A DNA stretch of 63,945 bases, filler included, from Lama guanicoe (lineage: Eukaryota): NCBI GenBank assembly GCA_013239625.1. It is 102 parts of 102 records of this genome, joined end to end, with 100 filler letters (N's around TTAATTAATTAA, not from the genome) between each part and the next. Parts side by side here need not be neighbours in the genome. Positions count along the whole stretch, not along the records: positions 38,213 to 38,815 come from PNXV01026744.1; positions 38,916 to 39,275 come from PNXV01026745.1; positions 39,376 to 39,611 come from PNXV01026746.1; positions 39,712 to 40,386 come from PNXV01026747.1; positions 40,487 to 41,106 come from PNXV01026749.1; positions 41,207 to 41,756 come from PNXV01026750.1; positions 41,857 to 42,377 come from PNXV01026751.1; positions 42,478 to 43,190 come from PNXV01026752.1; 94 more parts are not named here. One strand, given 5' to 3'. Position numbers and translations under genes: made by a program. Positions 38,113 to 49,075 of the stretch are shown piece by piece. A model generated the notes under the pieces. It was not told the origin of the DNA. It did no database searches and saw only the letters and a list, made by a program, of their open reading frames with translations. The stretch's first letter is position 1. The number at the start of each line of letters is the position of its first letter.

Positions 38113-38915
38113 NNNNNNNNNNNNNNNNNNNNNNNNNNNNNNNNNNNNNNNNNNNNTTAATTAATTAANNNNNNNNNNNNNNNNNNNNNNNNNNNNNNNN
38201 NNNNNNNNNNNNTGAAACCAATGGATCCATGTCCTGAGAATGCGGGGGTTTCAGCAGAAATTAAACGACGGATATGTATTCCGGGTGTCCGGATATTACA
38301 GAAACAATAGTTTCCTGTAGTGGGTCTCTGTGTACTGTGAACTCTTAGACAATTTAAAGACGTGTGAAACCATCAACTGAAAATGGACACACTTCTCTTC
38401 GTTGGTACTGTGCATAGAGATATGAACAAAAGAGAAGAGGGAAGAACAAAGGCCCATGGGACGCTAGTGGGTAGAATCACATTTACCTTAGGAACCTCTC
38501 GTCGGGTGCAGCCCCTCCCCCAACACTGACAAGATGCAGCAGCCTTTGGGGATGGCAGTTAGCGGTTGGATTCCAGGTGGAATGTTGGTGTGTACCGCGA
38601 GGCTTGTTGTGGCTGGTGGATCCTAGGTAACCGGGCAGAGTTCTGTGGGTGGATCAGTGTGATGGAGGAGCTGCCGCCCTCTGTGGAGCTTGGCTTAGGT
38701 CTTTGGTCCGGGAAGCTGTGTCAGTTCGAGATATTGCTGCTGCCCAAAGACCTGAGTTCACTGGTTAGTTTCCAGAACTTGAAAGGGCAGACAGTGGAAG
38801 ATCTGCCTGTCATCANNNNNNNNNNNNNNNNNNNNNNNNNNNNNNNNNNNNNNNNNNNNTTAATTAATTAANNNNNNNNNNNNNNNNNNNNNNNNNNNNN
38901 NNNNNNNNNNNNNNN

Positions 38916-39275
38916 GTGTGTGAATGCCGTCCTTCACCTTGTTTGAAGGGAACACAAAGTTTCTCTTCAGTAGCAAATTCCACTCCATACATATATATTG
39001 GGAGGTCCAAGCTCCAACCGGGTTTTACAGTGAAAAAGGCAGGCACTTCAAACCGGCACTAGGAAACAGTCTGAGAAACCAGAGTAAGTGTTTCTCCTGC
39101 AACCCTTCCCTTTGTGCTGGAATATCGAATGTCACTCCACATGCTCAGTTCTGAGAGATAAGTGTGTGTGAAAACCGTCCTTTACTTAGCTTGAAGGGAA
39201 CACAAAGTTTCTTTTCAGTAGCAAATTCCACTCTATACATATATATGGGGAGGTACAAGCTCCAACCCGGTTTTA
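38916..39275 (-). repeat. Satellite B
   Basis: gaagggaacacaaagtttc occurs twice. Confidence 0.96.
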
Positions 39276-39375
39276 NNNNNNNNNNNNNNNNNNNNNNNNN
39301 NNNNNNNNNNNNNNNNNNNTTAATTAATTAANNNNNNNNNNNNNNNNNNNNNNNNNNNNNNNNNNNNNNNNNNNN

Positions 39376-39611
39376 AAGGGATACTAATAGAATCCAGGTG
39401 CTGCTGTCAGTTTGAGGAATTTCCACAAACTCAGAATACTAGAACACATATTCGTGTGTGTGCTGGATGTAGGGAAACAGTCAAAGCATCTTTCAGGGGG
39501 CACATTTATTCCATGGTTGTGGGTTGTAGGTTAAAAACCCACATCCCATGGATAGCCTTTCTCTAATAATTGGTTAAGAGCCCAACACCCACTTTCCCCC
39601 ACTCTCCAGCC
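39376..39611 (+). repeat. Satellite C, diverged copy
   Basis: tagaatccaggtgctgctgtcagtttgaggaa...cgtgtgtgtgctgga matches 24850-24940. Confidence 0.8.
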
Positions 39612-39968
39612 NNNNNNNNNNNNNNNNNNNNNNNNNNNNNNNNNNNNNNNNNNNNTTAATTAATTAANNNNNNNNNNNNNNNNNNNNNNNNNNNNNNNNN
39701 NNNNNNNNNNNTGAAAAACATTGCGCAGTGACAGTGAATCCTTGGCATATGAAGAAAGATCGTCAAGTCCTGAATGAATTAAGAAGGTATTGTTACCTTA
39801 ACATACATGTAAGCATGGCTCTCTTACCTTTATTTTTCACTTTATAATGAAAATAATCCCCACCTGTCAAGGTTGCTTTGTTTGATAGAGGGAATATCTT
39901 AACCCTTTTCTGCAAGTTTTTTAAATAAGTAAGAGCAGTTAATTTATCAGAAGTGTGAATGGTGTAAT

Positions 39969-40257
39969 CTGGTCTGTGTAGTATGGTAGCCACCAGCCAC
40001 ATGTGGCTATTGTGAATTGAGATGTTCTATAAGTGGAAAATACATAATAGATTTTCAAGACTTCGTACAACAAAAATAATGTAAAATATTATTAATAAGT
40101 TTTAAAAGTGTCAATCACACTTTTGAAATGATAGTATATTGGATATTTTGGGATAAATGTAATTATTACTGGAATTAATTTCACTTGTTCCTTTTTATTT
40201 TCTAAATGGGATTACTGGAAAATTGTGACTTGCACTATGTTTCTATTGACAGTGCTG
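39969..40257. mobile_element. MER33/MER3-type hAT-Charlie DNA transposon fossil
   Basis: atggtagccaccagccacatgtggctattg...aaaatacataatagattttcaagac...aattaatttcacttgttcctttt...ttctattgacagtgctg. Confidence 0.8.
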
Positions 40258-40486
40258 GCTTCTAACTTATTGCAAATAATATGAAAAGAAAATTTTGATT
40301 AAAAATTTTGTAATTGAGTAGTTGATTTGCATCATAATAGTTTCAGGTGTACAAAACAGAGGCTCAACATTTTTATAGATTATATTNNNNNNNNNNNNNN
40401 NNNNNNNNNNNNNNNNNNNNNNNNNNNNNNTTAATTAATTAANNNNNNNNNNNNNNNNNNNNNNNNNNNNNNNNNNNNNNNNNNNN

Positions 40487-41106
40487 TATGCGGAGGTACA
40501 AGCTCCATCTCGGTTTACATTGAAAACGGCAGGAACTTCAAACCGGCACTAGGAGTCAGACTGAGAAACCGGAGTAAGTGTTTCTCCTACAATATGTTCC
40601 CTTTGTGCTAGATGAACGAACGTCTCTCCACATGCTCAGTTTCGATAGTATAGCGTGTGTAAAAGCCGTCCTTCACCTAGCTTGTTGGGAACACAATGTT
40701 TCTCTTCAGGTGCAAAGTCCACTACATGCATATATAAGGGGAGGTACAAGCTCCAACTCGGTTTTACAGTGTAAACTGCAGGAACTTCAAACCGGCACTA
40801 GAAGACAGACTGAGAAACCAGTGTAAGGGTTTCTATTTCAACCTGTTCCCTTTGTGCTAGATGAATGTACGTCTCTGCACATGCTCAGTTGGGAGTGTAA
40901 ATCGTGTGTGAAAGCCGTTCTTCACCTAGCTATTAGGGAACACAAAGTTTCTCTTCAGTTGCAAACTCCAATAAATACAGCTATAAGGAGAAGTACAAGC
41001 TCCAACTCGGTTTTACATTGAAAACGGCAGGAACTTCAAACCAGCACTAGGAGTCATACAGAGAAACCAGAGTAAGTGTTTCTCCTGCAACATGTTGCCT
41101 TTGTGC
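40487..41106 (-). repeat. Satellite B
   Basis: About 2.5 monomers. Confidence 0.96.
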
Positions 41107-41206
41107 NNNNNNNNNNNNNNNNNNNNNNNNNNNNNNNNNNNNNNNNNNNNTTAATTAATTAANNNNNNNNNNNNNNNNNNNNNNNNNNNNNNNNNNNNNN
41201 NNNNNN

Positions 41207-41756
41207 GAGACAACTCCACGCAGCTCTCTTCAGTCACAGGTGTTCCCTCTTCAGGAGAAGTCCGAGAAATACCTTCCCTGACATTGGGGAAGCAGCCTCC
41301 GACCCTGGGATTTCCTGAAAACCCCCCTAGCATTTCCTGGCACAGAGACATTACTAAAACCCTCAGGGGAGACGAGCTTAGGCATTCCGATTGAACCAAC
41401 GTGCCCCCGAACGTTGGTGGAACCTCCCCGTGCTCAGTATTCCGGAAACATTCTCAGTGTGTGGGGGAGATCGAGAGGCAACTCCACGCAGCTCTCCTCA
41501 GTCACAGGTGTTCCCTGTTTGGGGGTAGTCCGAGAAATATCTTCCCTGACCTTGGGGAGGCAGCCTCTGTCACTGGGATTGCCTGCAAACCCCCCTTGCA
41601 TTCCCTGGCATAGGGACATTAGGAAAAAACCCAGGGGAGTCGAGTTTAGGCATTCCGTTAGAACCCACGCGCTGCCGACCTTTGGTGGAACCTCCCACCC
41701 TCAGGAATCCGGAACCATTGTCAGTGCGAGGGGGAGCTCGGGAGACAACTCCACGC
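41207..41756 (+). repeat. Satellite A
   Basis: About 2 monomers. Confidence 0.97.
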
Positions 41757-41866
41757 NNNNNNNNNNNNNNNNNNNNNNNNNNNNNNNNNNNNNNNNNNNN
41801 TTAATTAATTAANNNNNNNNNNNNNNNNNNNNNNNNNNNNNNNNNNNNNNNNNNNNTGTAGAAAAA

Positions 41867-42075
41867 GATTCCTCCATCTGCCACCATCCCATGTTGGGCT
41901 GGATAATTTGTTTTTGTTGGGGGTTATCTGAGCTTTATAGGATGTTTAGCGGCACCCCTGTATTCTACCCGCTAGATGCCAGGAGCACCCTCTTCCCAGT
42001 GCGACAATAAAAAATGTGTCCGTTCGTGCTAAATGCCCCACAGGGAGCAAAAGTACCCCCAGCTGAGAATCACTG
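41867..42075. mobile_element. MER20 hAT-Charlie DNA transposon fossil
   Basis: ttgggctggataatttg...ggatgtttagcggcacccctg...ctagatgccaggagcacc...aaatgcccc...cccagctgagaatcactg. Confidence 0.85.
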
Positions 42076-42477
42076 TAGAAATGGAATAAATTCTTACCAG
42101 TATCTTGGCAGGGATTGAAGACTATGATGATATGAGTGATGATTTAAAGCATTTTAGAGTCTTTAGGGATGATACACTCAATTATGGAAGACTGGACATG
42201 TAAGATAGAACTTTCTAGTTTCTGTGTAGGCTGCAGACTTTATATCTGTAGGCTATAGACTGGTGAGCAATTATAGTGCAACTTTAGGTTAAGAAAGGGC
42301 AAATGACAGAAGTATCCTTAAGCTGAAGTTCCTAAAATATTGAGCTTTGGTTTTAATTCATTTTGAACCATTGCATANNNNNNNNNNNNNNNNNNNNNNN
42401 NNNNNNNNNNNNNNNNNNNNNTTAATTAATTAANNNNNNNNNNNNNNNNNNNNNNNNNNNNNNNNNNNNNNNNNNNN

Positions 42478-43190
42478 TAACTTCCCTGACCTTGGGGAGT
42501 CAGCCTATGTCACTGGGATTTCCTGCCAAACACCCTAGCATTCCCTGGCACTGAGAAATTAGGAAAACCCTCAGGGGAGACGAGTTTCGGCTTTCCGTTA
42601 TAACACATGCGCTGTCGACCGTTGGTGGAACCTCCCCACGCTCAGGATTCCGGAACCATTGTCAGTGCGTGGGGAGCACGAGGGACAACTCCACGCAGCT
42701 CTCTTCAGTCACAGGTGTTCCCTGTTAGGGGAAGTCCGAAAAATACCTTCTCTGACCTTGGGGAATCAGCCTCTGTCACTGGGATATCCTGCAAACCCCC
42801 CTATCTTTCCCTTGCACAGAGAGAGTAGGAAAACACTCAGGGGAAACGAGCTAAGGCATTCCGTTAGAACCCACGCGCTGCCGACCGTTGATGGAACCTC
42901 CCCACGCTCAGGATTCCGGAACCATTGTCAGTACGTGTGGGAGCTCGAGACACAACTCCACACAGCTCTCTTCAGTCACAGGTGTTCCCTGTTAGGGGAA
43001 GTCCGAAAAATACCTTCTCTGACCTTGGGGAGTCAGCCTCTGTCACTGGGATTTCCTGCCAACCCCCCTAGCATTCCCTGGCACTGAGAAATTAGGAAAA
43101 CCCTCAGGGGAGACGAGTTTAGGCATTCAGTTAGAACTCATGCGCTGCCGAATGTTGGTGGAACCTCCACACGCTCAGGATTCCGGAACC
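42478..43190 (+). repeat. Satellite A
   Basis: About 2.7 monomers. Confidence 0.97.
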
Positions 43191-43290
43191 NNNNNNNNNN
43201 NNNNNNNNNNNNNNNNNNNNNNNNNNNNNNNNNNTTAATTAATTAANNNNNNNNNNNNNNNNNNNNNNNNNNNNNNNNNNNNNNNNNNNN

Positions 43291-43730
43291 GGGGTTCCAA
43301 CTTCTTCACATCCTTGCCAACATTTGTTTTTGTTTGTTTCTTGCTAATAGCCATCCTGAGTGAGTTTTTAGAAATTTTTTTATTTTTTATTTCCAAGATT
43401 AACTTACTTACTTACTTTATTTATTTATTCATTTTATTGGTGTAGAGTTGATTTACAATGTTGTGTTAGTTTCTAGTGCACAGCATAGTGATACACCTAT
43501 ATATATATATGTTCTTTTTGGTATTCTTTTTCATTAGAGGTTATTACAAAGTATTGAATAAAGTTCCCTGGGTTATTCAGTAGGACATTATTGTTTGTTT
43601 ATTTTATAGATAGTAGTTTATATCTGCTAATCCCAAACTCCTAATTTATCCTTCCCCCCTTTCCCCTTTGATAACCGTAAGTTTGTTTTCTATGTTTATG
43701 AGTCTCTGAGTCTCTTTCTGTTTTGTAAGT
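43291..43730 (-). mobile_element. LINE-1 pieces: older L1 fragment (43291-43360) and a cetartiodactyl L1 3' end (~43420-43730)
   Basis: cacatccttgccaacatttg...aatagccatcctga; gttgatttacaatgttgtgttagtttc...ctgctaatcccaaactcctaatttatcc. Confidence 0.85.
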
Positions 43731-43830
43731 NNNNNNNNNNNNNNNNNNNNNNNNNNNNNNNNNNNNNNNNNNNNTTAATTAATTAANNNNNNNNNNNNNN
43801 NNNNNNNNNNNNNNNNNNNNNNNNNNNNNN

Positions 43831-44587
43831 TTTATATATTCTATACTTTGTGTTCTTCATTCTATTTTCTTCATTCTATTTTATGCCATCGGTATTCTAT
43901 ATTCTATCTACTGTGTTCTACATTGTATACGCTAAATTTATATCCACTTTTCTATATTCTATATTCGGTATTCTATTTTCTAAATTCTGTGTTCTGCATT
44001 ACATTACTAAATTCTAGGTTCTATATTCTCTTATATATATTCTTAATTTTCTGTTCTTCATTCTATCTTCTAAATTCTATATTCTGCATTCCGTATTCTA
44101 TATTCTATATTCGGTATTCTATTTTCTAAATTCTGTGTTCTGCATTACATTACTAAATTCTAGGTTCTATATTCTCTTATATATATTCTTAATTTTCTGT
44201 TCTTCATTCTATCTTCTAAATTCTATATTCTGCATTCCGTATTCTATATTCTATATTCTATGTACTACATTCTATATTCTATATTCGGTATTCTATTTTC
44301 TAAATTCTGTGTTCTGCATTACATTACTAAATTCTAGGTTCTATATTCTCTTATATATATTCTTAATTTTCTGTTCTTCATTCTATCTTCTAAATTCTAT
44401 ATTCTGCATTCCATATTCTATATTCTATATTCTATGTACTACATTCTATATTCTATATTCGGTATTCTATTTTCTAAATTCTGTGTTCTGCATTACATTA
44501 CTAAATTCTAGGTTCTATATTCTCTTATATATATTCTTAATTTTCTGTTCTTCATTCTATCTTCTAAATTCTATATTCTGCATTCCG
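43831..44587 (-). repeat. Satellite D with 146/174-bp higher-order periods
   Basis: ttctgtgttctgcattacatt at 43985, 44131, 44305, 44479. Confidence 0.95.
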
Positions 44588-44687
44588 NNNNNNNNNNNNN
44601 NNNNNNNNNNNNNNNNNNNNNNNNNNNNNNNTTAATTAATTAANNNNNNNNNNNNNNNNNNNNNNNNNNNNNNNNNNNNNNNNNNNN

Positions 44688-45622
44688 ACAACTCCACACA
44701 GCTCTCTTCAGTCACGGGTGTTCCCTGTTCGGGGAACTCTGAAAAATATCTTCCCTGACCTTGGGGAGGCAGCCTATGTCCCTGGGACTTCCTGCAATCC
44801 CCCCTAGCATTCTCTGGCACAGAAACATTAGGAAAACCCTCAGGGGGGACGTGCTTAGGCATTCCATTAGAACCAACGCGCTGCCGACCGTTGCTGGAAG
44901 CTCCCCACGCTCAGGATTCTGGAACCATTGTTAGTGCGTGGGGGAGCTCGAGAGACAACTCCACGCAACTCTCTTCAGTCACGGGTGTTCACTGTTCGGT
45001 GAAGTCCGAGAAATAACTTCCCTGACTTTGGGGAGGAAGCTTCTGTCCCTGGGACTTCCAGCAAACCCCCTAGCATTCCCTGGCACAGAGACATTAGGAA
45101 AACCCTCAGAGGAGACGAGCATAGGCATTCCGTTAGAACCAACGCGCTGCCGACCGTTGCTGGAAGCTCCCCACGCTCAGGATTCTGGAACCATTGTTAG
45201 TGCGTGGGGGAGCTCGAGAGACAACTCCACGCAACTCTCTTCAGTCACGGGTGTTCACTGTTCGGTGAAGTCCGAGAAATAACTTCCCTGACTTTGGGGA
45301 GGAAGCTTCTGTCCCTGGGACTTCCAGCAAACCCCCTAGCATTCCCTGGCACAGAGACATTAGGAAAACCCTCAGAGGAGACGAGCATAGGCATTCCGTT
45401 AGAACCAACGCGCTGCCGACCGTTGCTGGAAGCTCCCCACGCTCAGGATTCTGGAACCATTGTTAGTGCGTGGGGGAGCTCGAGAGACAACTCCACGCAA
45501 CTCTCTTCAGTCACGGGTGTTCACTGTTCGGTGAAGTCCGAGAAATAACTTCCCTGACTTTGGGGAGGAAGCTTCTGTCCCTGGGACTTCCAGCAAACCC
45601 CCTAGCATTCCCTGGCACAGAG
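44688..45622 (+). repeat. Satellite A (266-bp, near-identical tandem monomers)
   Basis: Identical ORF starts at 44938, 45204, 45470. Confidence 0.98.
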
Positions 45623-45722
45623 NNNNNNNNNNNNNNNNNNNNNNNNNNNNNNNNNNNNNNNNNNNNTTAATTAATTAANNNNNNNNNNNNNNNNNNNNNN
45701 NNNNNNNNNNNNNNNNNNNNNN

Positions 45723-46314
45723 AGTATTCTGTATTCTATAATATAATTATGTGTTATGCATTCCATGATCTGAATTCTGGGTTCTATATTCTCTTTTCTG
45801 TAATCTATATTCTGTGTCCTTCATTCTATATTGTACATTCTATATTTTGCGTTCCGTTTTCTATATTCTATATTCTGTTTTCTACATTCTATATTCTATA
45901 TTCAGTATTCTGTATTCTATAATATAATTATGTGTTATGCATTCCATGATCTGAATTCTGGGTTCTATATTCTCTTTTCTGTAATCTATATTCTGTGTCC
46001 TTCATTCTATATTGTACATTCTATATTTTGCGTTCCGTTTTCTATATTCTATATTCAGTATTCTGTATTCTATATTCTAATTTCTGTATTCTGCATTCCA
46101 CGTTGTAAATTCTGGGTTCCATAATCTCTATTCTATATTCTATTTCAGAGTTCTTCATACCATATTCTACACACTTTATTCTGCATTTCATAATCTATAT
46201 TCTATATACTGTGTTATACATTCTATATTCTAAATTCTATATTCAGCATTCTGTATTCTATGTTATAAATTTTGTGTTCTGCATTCCATTTTCTAAATTC
46301 TGTGTTCTATATTC
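45723..46314 (-). repeat. Satellite D with 181-bp duplication
   Basis: agtattctgtattctataatataattatgtg at 45723 and 45904. Confidence 0.95.
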
Positions 46315-46414
46315 NNNNNNNNNNNNNNNNNNNNNNNNNNNNNNNNNNNNNNNNNNNNTTAATTAATTAANNNNNNNNNNNNNNNNNNNNNNNNNNNNNN
46401 NNNNNNNNNNNNNN

Positions 46415-47131
46415 AAGTTTGTTTTCAGTTGCAAACTCCACTACATACATGTATATGGGGAGATTCAACCTCCAACTCGGTTTTACAGTGAAAACGGCAG
46501 GAACTTCCAACCGGCTCTAGGAAACAGATTGAAAAACCAGAGTAAGGGTTTCTCCTGCAACCCGTTCCCTTTGTGCTGGATGAGCGAACGTCTCTCCACA
46601 TGCTCATGTCGGAGATATAAGTGTGTGTGTAAGCCGTCCTTCACCTAGCTTGAAGGGAACACAATCTTTCTTTTCATTTGCAAACTCCAATACATACATA
46701 TATATGGGTAGGTACAAGCTGCAACACGGTTTTACAGAGAAAACAGCAGGAACTTCAACCCGGCACTAGGAGAAAGACTGAGAAACCAGAGTAAGTGTTT
46801 TTCCTGCAACCCATTCCTTTGTGCGGGATGAACGAACGTCCAATTCTCATGCTCATTTCTGAGATATAAGTTTGTCTGAAAGCCTTCCTTCTCCATTTGA
46901 AGGGAACACAAATTTCCTTTTCAGTTGCAAACACAGGTACATACATATATATGGCGAGGTACAATTTCCTACTCGGTTTTACGGGGAAAATTTCAGGAAC
47001 TTCAAAGCGGCACTAGGAATCAGACTGAGAACCCAGAGTAAGTGTTTCCCCTGCAACCCGTTCCCTTTTTCCTGGATGAAAGAATGTCTCTCCACATGCT
47101 CAGTTCTAAGAAATAAGTGTTTGTGAAAGCC
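46415..47131 (-). repeat. Satellite B
   Basis: About 2.9 monomers. Confidence 0.96.
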
Positions 47132-48270
47132 NNNNNNNNNNNNNNNNNNNNNNNNNNNNNNNNNNNNNNNNNNNNTTAATTAATTAANNNNNNNNNNNNN
47201 NNNNNNNNNNNNNNNNNNNNNNNNNNNNNNNAGACCAGATGCATGATATCTCTGATTCAGCCCCACACGTGCTCTGTTGGTAACATACCAAATTGGTCCC
47301 TGGTCCTGCAGATGCACTGGGTGTGGCCATGGGACATATCGATAATCTCAACCACGTTCGCCATGGTGGTTGCTTTATCATTGGGGTCACAATTCGGTTT
47401 TCTCCCTTGATAGGACCCACCACATCCCACAACTCACTCCAGATCTCTGAGACTCAGTATGTGCCATCATCCGTAGCCCTATGCCTCTCAGACCGCTGCC
47501 TCTGCTGCCTCAAATTTGGCAGCTCGGATCTTGGTCTCANNNNNNNNNNNNNNNNNNNNNNNNNNNNNNNNNNNNNNNNNNNNTTAATTAATTAANNNNN
47601 NNNNNNNNNNNNNNNNNNNNNNNNNNNNNNNNNNNNNNNTCATGTGGAAGGGCCTCTTCAACTGATTTTAAAACAATCACTACATATAAATATTATATAT
47701 ATATATATAAATATTTTTATATATATATTTATATATAAAAATATATATATATATAAATTGATGGCCATATGACGGATCCTTTAATTTGGAAAAACTTTTA
47801 AATTTGTGAAAGTTTAAAGAGATCTCATTATAAACAGCTGTTTTATTGGTACCTATTAAAATCAAGTTTAAAGGTAGAAAATCATATCTAATTGTTAACC
47901 TAAGAACTTAGTTAAAAAAATAAACCTGGTTTGAAAAGCAACATTAGTGTTTTTCCTTTCTGATAAATGGTTCTAGAGATGCTAATAAAAACTTAGAATA
48001 ATTAATGTTAATTAGTTTGAATAACTGGAAAAAGGATCGTAAAAATGTTGAAAAAAAAAGAACAGGGCTTATCACAAATGGATAAATATTTTTATATGGT
48101 TATTTTGAATGAGGTAAAAATATTGGATATTTTTGGATTTAGATACAAAGTTTTGATACTACACTACTTANNNNNNNNNNNNNNNNNNNNNNNNNNNNNN
48201 NNNNNNNNNNNNNNTTAATTAATTAANNNNNNNNNNNNNNNNNNNNNNNNNNNNNNNNNNNNNNNNNNNN

Positions 48271-48675
48271 CTCAGGTTTGAGAGATAAGCGTGTGTGAAA
48301 GCCGTCCTTCACATAGCTTATTTTGAACACAAAGTTTCTCTTCAGTTGCAGACCCCACTCCATACATATATATGGGGAGGTACAAGCTCCAACTCGGTTT
48401 TACAGTGAAAACTGCAGGAACTTCAAACCGGCAGTAGGAAGCAGACTGAGAAACCGGAGTAAGTGTTTCTCCTGCAACCCCTTCCCTTTGTGCTAGATGA
48501 ACTAACGTCTCTCCCCATGCTCAGTTTTGAGAGTTAAGCGTGTATGAAAGCTGTCCTTCACCTAGCTTGTTGGGAACCCAAATTTCTCTTCAGTTGCAGA
48601 CTCCACTCCATGCATATATATGTTGCGGTACAAGCTCCAACTCGGATTTACAGTGAAAACTGCAGGAACATCAAA
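48271..48675 (-). repeat. Satellite B
   Basis: About 1.6 monomers. Confidence 0.96.
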
Positions 48676-48893
48676 NNNNNNNNNNNNNNNNNNNNNNNNN
48701 NNNNNNNNNNNNNNNNNNNTTAATTAATTAANNNNNNNNNNNNNNNNNNNNNNNNNNNNNNNNNNNNNNNNNNNNCCAAACAATCTGACTCAAACATTGG
48801 GACTTCACTTCTGTGCCACACTGCCCCTCGTTTGTTATGTGAAATCAGTGCAGTGGAGAGTAAGACAGTGGTTCTAAGCCCTTGCTTAGTATC

Positions 48894-49075
48894 TTTTTTT
48901 TTTTAAAATACTTGAAGTTTAGTTGATTTGCAATGCCGTGTTAGTTTCTGGTGTATGGCATAGTGACTCCGTTATACATATATGTGTTCTTTTTCATCTT
49001 CTGTTTCATTATGGACTATTACAAGATACTGAGTGTAGTTCCCTGTGCTGCACAGCAGGACCTTGTTGTTTATAG
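48894..49075 (-). mobile_element. 5'-truncated LINE-1 3' end
   Basis: (T)n...ttgaagtttagttgatttgcaatgccgtgttagtttctggtgta...gttccctgtgctgcacagcaggaccttgttg. Confidence 0.85.
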
